IMG/VR virus record: IMGVR_UViG_3300045006_000496
Coordinates: 1-31,589 of that record
DNA from: a virus
Taxonomy: Duplodnaviria > Caudoviricetes
Strand: one strand, 5' to 3'
Length of the DNA stretch: 31,589 nucleotides
The notes below the pieces were generated by a model that saw only the letters and a program-made list of their open reading frames with translations, was not told where the DNA came from and ran no database searches. Of this stretch, positions 15,639 to 24,488 are shown in pieces. A program made the position numbers and the translations under genes. Within the stretch, counting starts at the first letter, position 1. The number at the start of each line of letters is the position of its first letter.

Positions 15639-18127
15639 GTTTTCTGCTGTATCCCTTGCGAGACCGGCACGCCCGCCGGTGCCGTCTTTTTTACACAGAT
15701 GCTTGTAGATTGTGGCGGAATTGCCTGATCTCTCATGCGCTCCCATATACATGTTAAAGTAGTGTTAAACACTCCTCGTTCCAGCGTGCTTTCTGTCTGG
15801 ATTATGTTATAGTATCCACCAAGATAAAATTTTTCTGCGAGCTTGTAGCGCTCTTGCATGTTGCCTGTACCTAAAGTTACAGGATGAATATATATTTTTT
15901 GTCCTGGCACAAAAGCCAGAGTACCAAACATTTCTATATCAGCATTATACTTCTGGCGTACTCTGGCTAACGGATCTTTAGGATCTTCTGTGCCTATACG
16001 CACATCCCGTACACCTGCCATATCGGCAACTTTAAACGTAATCTTTTTTATCAATCCCCTGTCTTGCCCTATCCCAAAGTGATAAATACCAAGCTTGCCA
16101 TCATCAAGCCAATTGCCTGTTAATTTATTTGCTGTCAGGCTATTTGCAAAAATTACAAGGACACTTTCTGTCTCTGAGCATTGTCTTCCTGCTGCTGCTG
16201 CAAGATAGGTACCAACACTAAGGGTTCGTAAAACATCAGTAGAAGTTCTATTTTCTGGAAGAATGCTCTGTCCCTCTCGCTTGGCAATTGTTAAGGTTTG
16301 CATACCAACATCGGCTATCATAGAAGAAATATTACGCCAGCATGCCTCACCGAGAGCGGGAGGAAGAACAAAGGTTACAAGATCTTGAAGAAAATTCCAA
16401 AGAGGATAAGATGTAATTTCTCGATTTAAAACCACCTTATCAAGATAGAACTGCATAAAAAGATTCAATGATACCGGAATGTCCGACAAACAAACAGAGA
16501 TGATCTTTTTTGTCAGCGGGTGTTCAAACGCAATAGAGCCAAGAAGCACCTTGATTTTATTGGCCTTGCCTCTGGAGCGCAGAGAGAGACCGCGAAGAGC
16601 CGTATCTATAAGATCGCCCAGGAAAAAGTAATTTATTCTTAACTGTTCGGTGTTTGGAGATTCTGACTGGCTCTTTGCTATATTTTGGAATACCTTTTCA
16701 TTTTCTTGTTTTAAGTCAGTATTCATCATAGTATCGATTTGTTGTTTCATGGTGCCCACTTGCAGAACATTAGAAATCTGTTGTGTAAGCCACTCTGGAG
16801 GAACAACGGTATCTAACATTTCTTGCGCGTCTTCAAACCAAGAAACATGATCTACCCGATCTTTACGCAACGCATCTGGCGGAATATCTACATAAAAGAT
16901 CTTACCAAGACCTTCAAGCTGCTGCAAAAGATAACGATATTGCGGCATAAGAGGACGACGCAAAAGCTCCTCTCGCTCTTGACGAATCGTTTCTGCTTGT
17001 TTTTGCTCTTCTTCGGATTTTCCTTTTTCTTCTGGACAGTCCGATGCATCAGTCATCGCGGTTAATTCTTCTTCCGCTGCTGCACCAACGGTCTTCTTGT
17101 AGTCTGCCAGCTTCTCCATAGCACCAGACCATAAAATATCACAATATTGTGAACGAAAAACCTGCTCTATTCTGCCAGTAGCTCGAAAACTAAGTTCAAT
17201 TGCTCCATCTTCCTTGAAATCGAACTGATGCCCCCACCAGTTCAAGTACATGGTGGTTGTACAATCCCTTAATGCACTTTGAATTGCTGGTGCTTTTAGT
17301 TTCGCAAAATCTACAGAAGACAAACCTACAACATGTTCCGGAATACCTTGCGGCACTGCCCAGCCAAAAACAACTTTAATCTGAAAATAGTCTTCATTAT
17401 AGAACCCGCTATCCATAAAGTATTTTGTCACAGGAACGCACAAATCAATAAAACGCGCCTCTCTAAGTACCGGCGCAGACCAGGGACTCACCCTGATCCA
17501 ATCAAACTGCGGGCGGTCTAAGTCTTCTAGAGCATTAAAGCGCAAAACCATTTCTGTTTCAATAGTATTTGGAATGCTTCCAACACGAGCACCACCAGAA
17601 ACCTTGACATGAAAACTTTTCAGTCCTATGCCACTTGGAATGCCTTCCTTGTGACTAGTAATATATTCAATTTGCTGCTTGTCGACATGTTCATCAAAAC
17701 GCAATTCTACATCATAACCCTCGGAATCTTCAGTGGGAAAATATGTCTTATAAAGACGAATAGTCGGCACCAGCGCAGAAAGCTGCACGGGTGTAAGCTG
17801 CATCAGCGTTTCTATGCCTGCGCGTCGAACTAGCGTGTTCATGAGCAGCCAACTATCGCCTTCAACGGCTGTAAAATATTTGAATTTAAGCTGTGCTCTT
17901 GCTGCTGCCTGAAAAGCCTCTATATATTGTACAAGAAAACACTGTTCTTGAAGCCTCCGCGCTTCAGGATCTTTCTGAATCTCCCGAACTTTTTGCACTC
18001 CGGAGGAGACTTGCTCTGGGACCAGACCTATGGCTTCAGGATCTTTCTGAATCTCCCGAACTTTTTGCGCTTCAACGGTTGCCTTTGCCACATTGGTTCC
18101 GGCATTAGCTTGTGCAGAATCCTGCAT
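15569..18127 (-). CDS. putative baseplate hub-like tail protein
   Basis: Position after tape measure, initiator and LysM genes; C-terminal YNADIEMFG..FVPGQKIYI..GGYYNI..ESTL..F.TTL beta pattern typical of hub folds. Confidence 0.6.
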   Translation of the reverse strand: MQDSAQANAGTNVAKATVEAQKVREIQKDPEAIGLVPEQVSSGVQKVREIQKDPEARRLQEQCFLVQYIEAFQAAARAQLKFKYFTAVEGDSWLLMNTLVRRAGIETLMQLTPVQLSALVPTIRLYKTYFPTEDSEGYDVELRFDEHVDKQQIEYITSHKEGIPSGIGLKSFHVKVSGGARVGSIPNTIETEMVLRFNALEDLDRPQFDWIRVSPWSAPVLREARFIDLCVPVTKYFMDSGFYNEDYFQIKVVFGWAVPQGIPEHVVGLSSVDFAKLKAPAIQSALRDCTTTMYLNWWGHQFDFKEDGAIELSFRATGRIEQVFRSQYCDILWSGAMEKLADYKKTVGAAAEEELTAMTDASDCPEEKGKSEEEQKQAETIRQEREELLRRPLMPQYRYLLQQLEGLGKIFYVDIPPDALRKDRVDHVSWFEDAQEMLDTVVPPEWLTQQISNVLQVGTMKQQIDTMMNTDLKQENEKVFQNIAKSQSESPNTEQLRINYFFLGDLIDTALRGLSLRSRGKANKIKVLLGSIAFEHPLTKKIISVCLSDIPVSLNLFMQFYLDKVVLNREITSYPLWNFLQDLVTFVLPPALGEACWRNISSMIADVGMQTLTIAKREGQSILPENRTSTDVLRTLSVGTYLAAAAGRQCSETESVLVIFANSLTANKLTGNWLDDGKLGIYHFGIGQDRGLIKKITFKVADMAGVRDVRIGTEDPKDPLARVRQKYNADIEMFGTLAFVPGQKIYIHPVTLGTGNMQERYKLAEKFYLGGYYNIIQTESTLERGVFNTTLTCIWERMRDQAIPPQSTSICVKKTAPAGVPVSQGIQQKTTEDRNSYVDAFIEVAPVILERL
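17961..18068. repeat. 36-bp exact direct repeat flanking a 36-bp insert (in frame)
   Basis: GCTTCAGGATCTTTCTGAATCTCCCGAACTTTTTGC at 17961-17996 and 18033-18068; QKVREIQKDPEA twice. Confidence 0.97.
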
Positions 18128-18130
18128 TTA

Positions 18131-18472
18131 TTATAGCTCCAAATATTGAAGAATTCTGTCAAGAGGCAAAGGAACGCGAAGCGTTTCTCCGGCAGCCACA
18201 TGTGCTTCAGTGGGTTTTTGATTGAACCAAGCAATAATGAACCAAAGCTCGGGATCAGCATAATACTGTTCTGCTAATTTATAAAATCTGTCACCGGCTT
18301 TCCATGTGTGACCCACCAAATTTAATGTATTCATTTCTTCTGGTGTAGGAAATCTCATCCAAGGAGAGGAATATTGTCGTACATGCTTCAGATCTCTAGC
18401 ATCTAACAAAGGCTTATAGTTTTCATGCTTGTTGATCACTATTCTACGATTATCATACCGCGAAACTGCCAT
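18131..18472 (-). CDS. LysM-domain baseplate protein (gp53/gpX-like)
   Basis: HTWKAGDRFYKLAEQYY.DPELWFIIAWFN...GETLRVP. Confidence 0.85.
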   Translation of the reverse strand: MAVSRYDNRRIVINKHENYKPLLDARDLKHVRQYSSPWMRFPTPEEMNTLNLVGHTWKAGDRFYKLAEQYYADPELWFIIAWFNQKPTEAHVAAGETLRVPLPLDRILQYLEL

Positions 18473-18475
18473 GAC

Positions 18476-19276
18476 TTATGCTCCTGTTATTTTTTGTCCC
18501 GCAGCCGAGGCCCACCAGTCATCAAATGTAGTATTAACGCTTCCTCCCTGCAATTCAGATACCTTTGGCTCTACTAATCCTCTGGTGTTATAAGGAAAAT
18601 GAAGGCTCTTAAAATCATCTGCACCTTGTCCCTTACGCCAACCCAATGTGTGCGTGTGCATTACAGTAAAATCAGCAGATAATGCAATAGTCTGGGGATA
18701 AAGAAAGCCGTCGCCATCTGAATAGAAACCAGATTCAAAGTCAGGAGTATATTTAAATCCCGCAATAGAACCGACCAAGCCAGATTCTTTAGCACTTCCT
18801 CTTGGAGAAGAGGCATCTGCTATAAGGTTTGCAAACTTCATTTTAAAAATTGGGCTGCTGCTCATTGAGCTTGCAGAGGAGATGTTGCCTGTTGCTCCTG
18901 CAACTTGATCATATACCGGATAAAGCATGCGAAAAAGAAGCATAGCTTTTTCAAGATTAAGTTTTGCATGTGGCATATTATCTGAAGGAACTTCCCAATC
19001 AATTGTTATAACTCTTGCTGTTCCCTGGAATCCCTGAATAGGATCCATGCGACCAAAAACGCGCTCGCTGTTCCAGTCAGAAGAATAAGAATCAATAAAA
19101 CCTGTAATAAAGCCTGAAAAAGCTACAGATAATCCTGTTGGTATATGAAAGAATTCTAGTTGATAGCCGCAAGAATCAAGAAGATCAATAACTTGCCGCA
19201 CATTGGAGCCAACAGTTTCTTTAGATAGCTGTTTGACTTTTTCAAACTGTTCTTTGACGCCCCCAAAAATATCCAC
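18476..19276 (-). CDS. tail tube initiator/baseplate protein
   Basis: DSYSSDW...FGRMDPI..FQGTARVI motif; lies between tape measure and LysM genes. Confidence 0.7.
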   Translation of the reverse strand: MDIFGGVKEQFEKVKQLSKETVGSNVRQVIDLLDSCGYQLEFFHIPTGLSVAFSGFITGFIDSYSSDWNSERVFGRMDPIQGFQGTARVITIDWEVPSDNMPHAKLNLEKAMLLFRMLYPVYDQVAGATGNISSASSMSSSPIFKMKFANLIADASSPRGSAKESGLVGSIAGFKYTPDFESGFYSDGDGFLYPQTIALSADFTVMHTHTLGWRKGQGADDFKSLHFPYNTRGLVEPKVSELQGGSVNTTFDDWWASAAGQKITGA

Positions 19277-19290
19277 AGCTTCTATATCTC

Positions 19291-22200
19291 CTACGCCAAA
19301 CGCAGATTGTGACGATTAGCTAGTGCTATTTCTACTGCGCGCCCTAATTCCCTCTCGTTTAACACCAATACAACGTCCTGCTTCTTGCCGCTTTTTTCTG
19401 CTTCAGTGCTTCCCGGAGCGGCAGCAGATTCCTTAAGAGCTTGCACAAAAGCATCCATATTGGGCACCTTCATTTCTGCTTGAACCTGCACATAGCGAAC
19501 AGCTTGCGTTACAAGAGCAGAAGTGTTGTCTACAACCTCCGGTGTCACTTTGAGAGCGGATTCCACCATGGTTTCAACTGAACTAGCCGTATTTTTAAGC
19601 ATTGCAATGCCTACCTGAACGGTCCCGGTGGGCATAGCAGCTAGAGCAGAAATTACATGAGACAGAGCTTCAGCAAATCTATATAAGCCACCCGTTGTAC
19701 TTATTAATCGAGTAACAGAAGAGGCTACTGAAATCATGCCTGCCGAATGTACCGCCATTGCTGCGAAACTTGTTAATATGCTTGCCACAGCAGATATATC
19801 TGCTGTTTTAATTGTTGCTAGCGCTATTGCCAAAGCACCGAAGCCTAAAGCTACATTGGTCAGCCCAAAAGCAAGCATTGGTCCCCATACTACTGCCGTC
19901 TCGCCTGCCAACATAAGCATACCTAGAACGAGTATTAATTCCCCAAACTGAGGCAGCGCAGCAATAAGCACTTTAACTAACTCTGACATGGCATAAACCA
20001 AAAGCGCGAAACCGGCAACAGCTAAAAAGACGCCACCGCCGATCATAAGAAAAGCAGCACCCAGCAGAAGCAAAGGAGCGTCAGCAGCAACGCTAGCAGT
20101 CGTAAGAAGATAAAGCATTACTATAAAAGCTCCCATGATGATAGTCATTGCACTTACAAAACCAAGAATTTGTTTCCAATCAAGCTGCGACATGGCGTTA
20201 GCTAACAATGAAAAACCATAGGCTGCAACAAATATGCCTCCACCAACCATAAGAATAGCGGCACCGAGAGCAAGAAAGCCCTTGGCACCGGCAGAAATGG
20301 AAGTCGTAAGCTTCTCGAAAGAAGATGGTACATCCAGGATGCCTTCGAGGCCGTCCTGGTACTCTTCAAGGGAAGTCGTAAGCTCCTCGAAAGAAGATGG
20401 TGCTTCTTGCACAGTCTGAGATAGTTGCTCAAGCCCTCCTTTGGCTCCCGCACAGTCGCCTGCGCCGGTGCAAAGATCAGAGATCTTCTTGGTTAAGCTG
20501 CCTATGCCATCTACAGCACTTCTAATACCTTTTTGCACGTTTATAAACATTGTCCAGCGTTTGTAAGCAATAAATGCTGCTCCCAACAAAGTGATCACTC
20601 CCAGAAGAAGCATAGGAAGTCCCTTGGCAGCTTGATTAATAGCCACAATTCCTTCTAGAACCCATGCCAATGCTTTAGCCAAAGGTGCTGCTGCAACAGC
20701 TAGCGAATCTAAAGCTGTTGAAAGCTTTTTAAAAATTGTCGTTGCTTCTTCCGCTTGCTTTTGAAGTTGTTTGTCTGCCAGCCGAGAAGCTCGAAGATCT
20801 CTATACGCTCTACTGAATTCCGCTGCGCTGGTGCTTAATAGCTTTGCTGCTATATCCATATCGCCACCAGCAATTTGTTCTGCCACAGCAACGCGCATTT
20901 GCGCACTCATGGTTTCCCAAGATTGACCCGTTTCTAGAACAGCCTTTCTAATTTTTAAAAGTACCAAAGAAGAATCTTTGCCAGCAATCTTAAACATCTC
21001 CATGGCGTCTAAAGCATTGGTACCAATCAGGCTATTAAAATGACCCACAAATTCAGCAGCTTGATCGAAATGTTCAAATTTCTTAGCTAAACCTATTAAG
21101 CTGGTCATTTCAATACCAGTAGCTTTGCTCTGGGCTGCAAATTTCAAAAAAACATCGGTCATGGCTTTGCCGTGCTTGGCAAGATCTTTGCTGGCGGCTA
21201 CAAAATCTGCCGCCATTTTAGACCAAGCAATGCCCATCTTCTGCGCTACACCAAACATTTTTCTTATATCTTGTTCGACTCCCGAAATGCTTTTTCTTAG
21301 CATCTTGGTGCCTATTTGAAAGATTTTAGCTGTTTCTTCAGAAGAAACACCTAATTCATCTAGAACTGCCGTAAAGCTACCAAGAGCCACCTGAGCCTTG
21401 CTGGTCAAATATGCAAAATCAGACATGTTATTATAAAGAGCAGCTTGTGCTCTTCCTGCTGATTCAGCATCAACAAAATATTTGATGTTTTGCGAACGAA
21501 CCTCTTCAATCACGCCGCCATATCGTTGTGCTGCTCCAGTAGCGCGCATAAAATCAGCCCGCGAACGATCAATAGCATATGCCAACTTAAGGGTACTAGC
21601 CCAAACAGCATTCAAAGCTGCATTCGCTACAGAAACCAATGTACCATAATTAATAAGACTTTTACCAAGTTCCTTTAAATTATCTAGCAAGCCATCACCA
21701 GCAGCACCTTTTATGGCAGCAACAGTCTGCATTAAAGAATACGTCCACGTCTTTTGATAGTCAGCAGCAAAACCAAGTTTCACCGCTACGGCTTGAGCAG
21801 CACCTTGCAACTTTTGAGAAAGCATCAATCGCGCTTTAAGATGTCGAATAGCTTCTATAGCAGCCTTATTTTCTTGTTGAAACCTGTGAACACGCGCTTC
21901 TATAGTATCGCCATATAGTGCTGATTTTGCAATAAGATCGATTAATGCATTTCGCTGCACCTGATAGCGCTCTTCCTCTTGTTCAGATAAATTTGCTTGC
22001 GATAGCCGCTTTTCGTGTGCATCTTCAAGAATCTTTTTCTGTTCTCTTAATTGATCTGTGGTAGCGGTAATCATACGCTGTTCTTTAGCAAGATGATCCT
22101 CCATGGCCTGAAGCTTTTCTTCTAAAAGAGCAGTAGTATCTACCTCTTGTTTTAAAGCCTTCGCTAGCTGCATTCTGCCACGAATTGCTGTATTTTGTTC

Positions 22201-22299
22201 TTCGACAAGCTTTTGCCATCTGTCTGTGAGCTTGTCTGTTTGTTTTAAAACAACATCCATGGCAGCTATATCTTTATCTGTTGGTATTTTTATCGCCAT
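19291..22299 (-). CDS. tail tape measure protein
   Basis: 1002 aa, Ala/Leu-rich helical, hydrophobic segments, canonical position. Confidence 0.85.
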   Translation of the reverse strand: MAIKIPTDKDIAAMDVVLKQTDKLTDRWQKLVEEQNTAIRGRMQLAKALKQEVDTTALLEEKLQAMEDHLAKEQRMITATTDQLREQKKILEDAHEKRLSQANLSEQEEERYQVQRNALIDLIAKSALYGDTIEARVHRFQQENKAAIEAIRHLKARLMLSQKLQGAAQAVAVKLGFAADYQKTWTYSLMQTVAAIKGAAGDGLLDNLKELGKSLINYGTLVSVANAALNAVWASTLKLAYAIDRSRADFMRATGAAQRYGGVIEEVRSQNIKYFVDAESAGRAQAALYNNMSDFAYLTSKAQVALGSFTAVLDELGVSSEETAKIFQIGTKMLRKSISGVEQDIRKMFGVAQKMGIAWSKMAADFVAASKDLAKHGKAMTDVFLKFAAQSKATGIEMTSLIGLAKKFEHFDQAAEFVGHFNSLIGTNALDAMEMFKIAGKDSSLVLLKIRKAVLETGQSWETMSAQMRVAVAEQIAGGDMDIAAKLLSTSAAEFSRAYRDLRASRLADKQLQKQAEEATTIFKKLSTALDSLAVAAAPLAKALAWVLEGIVAINQAAKGLPMLLLGVITLLGAAFIAYKRWTMFINVQKGIRSAVDGIGSLTKKISDLCTGAGDCAGAKGGLEQLSQTVQEAPSSFEELTTSLEEYQDGLEGILDVPSSFEKLTTSISAGAKGFLALGAAILMVGGGIFVAAYGFSLLANAMSQLDWKQILGFVSAMTIIMGAFIVMLYLLTTASVAADAPLLLLGAAFLMIGGGVFLAVAGFALLVYAMSELVKVLIAALPQFGELILVLGMLMLAGETAVVWGPMLAFGLTNVALGFGALAIALATIKTADISAVASILTSFAAMAVHSAGMISVASSVTRLISTTGGLYRFAEALSHVISALAAMPTGTVQVGIAMLKNTASSVETMVESALKVTPEVVDNTSALVTQAVRYVQVQAEMKVPNMDAFVQALKESAAAPGSTEAEKSGKKQDVVLVLNERELGRAVEIALANRHNLRLA
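20299..20406. repeat. 36-bp direct repeat (3 mismatches) flanking a 36-bp insert (in frame)
   Basis: GGAAGTCGTAAGCT(T/C)CTCGAAAGAAGATGGT(ACA/GCT)TC at 20299-20334 and 20371-20406; PSSFE(E/K)LTTS twice. Confidence 0.93.
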
Positions 22300-22348
22300 A
22301 TATATAAGTAGAAGCTTTTAGATTATTGTTTCAGGAAAGAAGAATCGT

Positions 22349-22678
22349 TCAATCAAAAGGCCATTGAAGCCCTGTAGTTCTTTCAAATTTCTCAATAGCC
22401 GCATCCAGTTTGCCTTTGCTGCGGTATGTTCTGGGATCATCTAGTCCATATTTACGCCAGGCTCCCATGTAATCCTTCTCTCTTCCGAGTGTTTCTGCAA
22501 AAGCTCGTACCTGTCCCGGCGTTCCACGCACCTGAAGAGGGATAGTATCGCCGCCAAACATATGAGAAAGAATGGATTTAACGTTCTGTCCAAAGGCACG
22601 CAGCCAATCAAATTCATTAAGCATCGCTTTGCCATCTTTTTTGGCATTTAGCTCAATAGTGATCTTGTTTTCTTGCAT
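22349..22678 (-). CDS. hypothetical protein in the tail operon
   Basis: 109 aa ORF preceded by an ACTAATTAT motif. Confidence 0.75.
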   Translation of the reverse strand: MQENKITIELNAKKDGKAMLNEFDWLRAFGQNVKSILSHMFGGDTIPLQVRGTPGQVRAFAETLGREKDYMGAWRKYGLDDPRTYRSKGKLDAAIEKFERTTGLQWPFD

Positions 22679-22693
22679 ATCTATAATTAGTTC

Positions 22694-22903
22694 TTAGTTC
22701 TGCTTCGGCACGGAAGGCTTTTTAATACCTCCTCGTTTTGCTTTGTTTTTCGCTTTCTCTGCTTCCTCGTTTTCTTCCTGAAGCTGCCGATTTAATCTTT
22801 CTACGAACCATCTTCGCAAAAGAATGGGCAAATTATACGCTTCTATAAAGCTCCAGCCCCCACGATACTTTAAATGGAAAAACTGTTCATAAACATTTTC
22901 CAT
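22694..22903 (-). CDS. tail/baseplate assembly chaperone, second segment (gp51/gpT-like)
   Basis: EQFFHLKY.GGWSF.EAYNLP...RRWF; no obvious RBS; reachable by frameshift from the upstream gene. Confidence 0.7.
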   Translation of the reverse strand: MENVYEQFFHLKYRGGWSFIEAYNLPILLRRWFVERLNRQLQEENEEAEKAKNKAKRGGIKKPSVPKQN

Positions 22904-22910
22904 ATATTTG

Positions 22911-23813
22911 TTATCTAGGCCAAAAAAACTCTACCGTAAACGGTACCTCCATGTTCTGTTCGAATCCGCAGTTTGTACACTCAAATTTTTGTGATGTATC
23001 GAGAGACGGAATACAGAGGGCATATATGCTTCGCAAATGTTTGGCATCAGAGGCGGGCATATGCTCTATAAGAGCATTGACTGTAGCTATATCTTTATTT
23101 CCGTTTACACCAGTTATGCACATACGAAGCTGATCTGTCAACATAGTCTCTGGTAAATTCTTCTTTTTCCGCATTTCTGCCAAAGCTAGAAGCTTTCTTT
23201 CGTCCTTGCCATTCAATGCTCGACAGTCTACGTACATTTTCAATCCCGGCAAAGGAATACGAAACGTCATATCCTCTTCATTAAATAATACCTTGTTTTT
23301 ATATAAAAGAGACGCTTCCTGTTCTTTCTCTTCTGGCTCCTGAAGATCTTTAAGCACTTCGGAAAAAGAACGAATCTTCTTTTCCTCTAGGTCAAATCCC
23401 CACTGAACTCTATCAATACAGAGCGGACAAACCACAGCCGCATTATAGGCAGCACCATAACCTGTAATTCTTGCCGCCACCAACAAGGCATTCTTATCTC
23501 CAATAAGCAAATCATCAATATCGAGCCCATCAGGTTGAACAATTATGCCCTGAAGCATTCGATCAATAGCAACTCCCTTTTTGATTAGTGATTTTGATGT
23601 CAAAATATCTTCATCTTTTGCTGTCATATGACGTATTTCTATGTGATCCCGCATGTGTAAGGCATGTCCCTCTGGATAGAACCTGCCCTCTGAAGGCAGA
23701 GATACGATTTCTGTGGGCACAACAAAATTCAAAGGAGAAGCAGGAGCGACAACAGGTGCTTCAGATGCTACTGTTTCTCGGGAAGCAGAAAATCTTTCTT
23801 CGTTGTTGCGCAT
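22911..23813 (-). CDS. baseplate hub/tail assembly chaperone (T4 gp26-like)
   Basis: LPSEG.FY, IRHMTAKDEDIL, GDKNALLVAARI.GYG, two CxxC, terminal FFWP. Confidence 0.8.
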   Translation of the reverse strand: MRNNEERFSASRETVASEAPVVAPASPLNFVVPTEIVSLPSEGRFYPEGHALHMRDHIEIRHMTAKDEDILTSKSLIKKGVAIDRMLQGIIVQPDGLDIDDLLIGDKNALLVAARITGYGAAYNAAVVCPLCIDRVQWGFDLEEKKIRSFSEVLKDLQEPEEKEQEASLLYKNKVLFNEEDMTFRIPLPGLKMYVDCRALNGKDERKLLALAEMRKKKNLPETMLTDQLRMCITGVNGNKDIATVNALIEHMPASDAKHLRSIYALCIPSLDTSQKFECTNCGFEQNMEVPFTVEFFWPR

Positions 23814-23879
23814 AAATACCTCTTTTCTAGTTCAAAGCTTATCTATAGAATAAATAGAAAGGAAGAAAATATTAATTGA

Positions 23880-24434
23880 TTATTTTGCCCAGTTGCTAGG
23901 ATATCCCTGACCACCTTGCTTGCTCTTGCCCGCAGTAATCATATAAGCAAAATCATAGGTAATTTCTAGCTCAATGTTGGTCATTTCTTCGCTATCATAG
24001 GCTAGCTCGCCAAATTTAGCTGAAGATACCCAAGCATTGACCAGGTGCCAAGTTTCTACGGCTTTGCCTTCGGCATCAATTTGCTTAATATCGATGCTTC
24101 CCAGAGCAGCTACAGATTTTCCTTTGCTAACCGTTGCCAAATCGTTAGGGCTTGTAGGCGGCTTATATCCACCTTCTTCAAGAATTGCCATCATGGTAGC
24201 CGCTGCATCTGGATTCAACGGATCTACCAAAGTCAACGAAATCTTGTTCCAAGTCACACGCCCTGGAAAATGAAAAACATAATTTAGATATTTATGTTCC
24301 GTATCGCTAACCTCGAAATTTGGCTTAGTGACCTTGGTTACAATCCACTGATCAATATGACCACTAGTAAGAACAAACCTATACGCTCTTTTGGGATCTT
24401 GCGTAGTCTTGGTAACATCAGTCCAGAAACCCAT
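23880..24434 (-). CDS. tail tube protein (T4 gp19-like)
   Basis: PGRVTW..I.LT, W.L.NAW......GELAY......IELEITYD; follows the sheath gene. Confidence 0.88.
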   Translation of the reverse strand: MGFWTDVTKTTQDPKRAYRFVLTSGHIDQWIVTKVTKPNFEVSDTEHKYLNYVFHFPGRVTWNKISLTLVDPLNPDAAATMMAILEEGGYKPPTSPNDLATVSKGKSVAALGSIDIKQIDAEGKAVETWHLVNAWVSSAKFGELAYDSEEMTNIELEITYDFAYMITAGKSKQGGQGYPSNWAK

Positions 24435-24488
24435 AGTTTTTTCTCCTTATTGCTTCTTGTTCCCCACCAATAAATAGTTAGCAGCAAA

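Noticed and set aside
1062-20406. Conventional CRISPR array
   Set aside because: Each repeat occurs only twice, the four repeats are mutually unrelated coding sequence, and no leader or cas gene is present.
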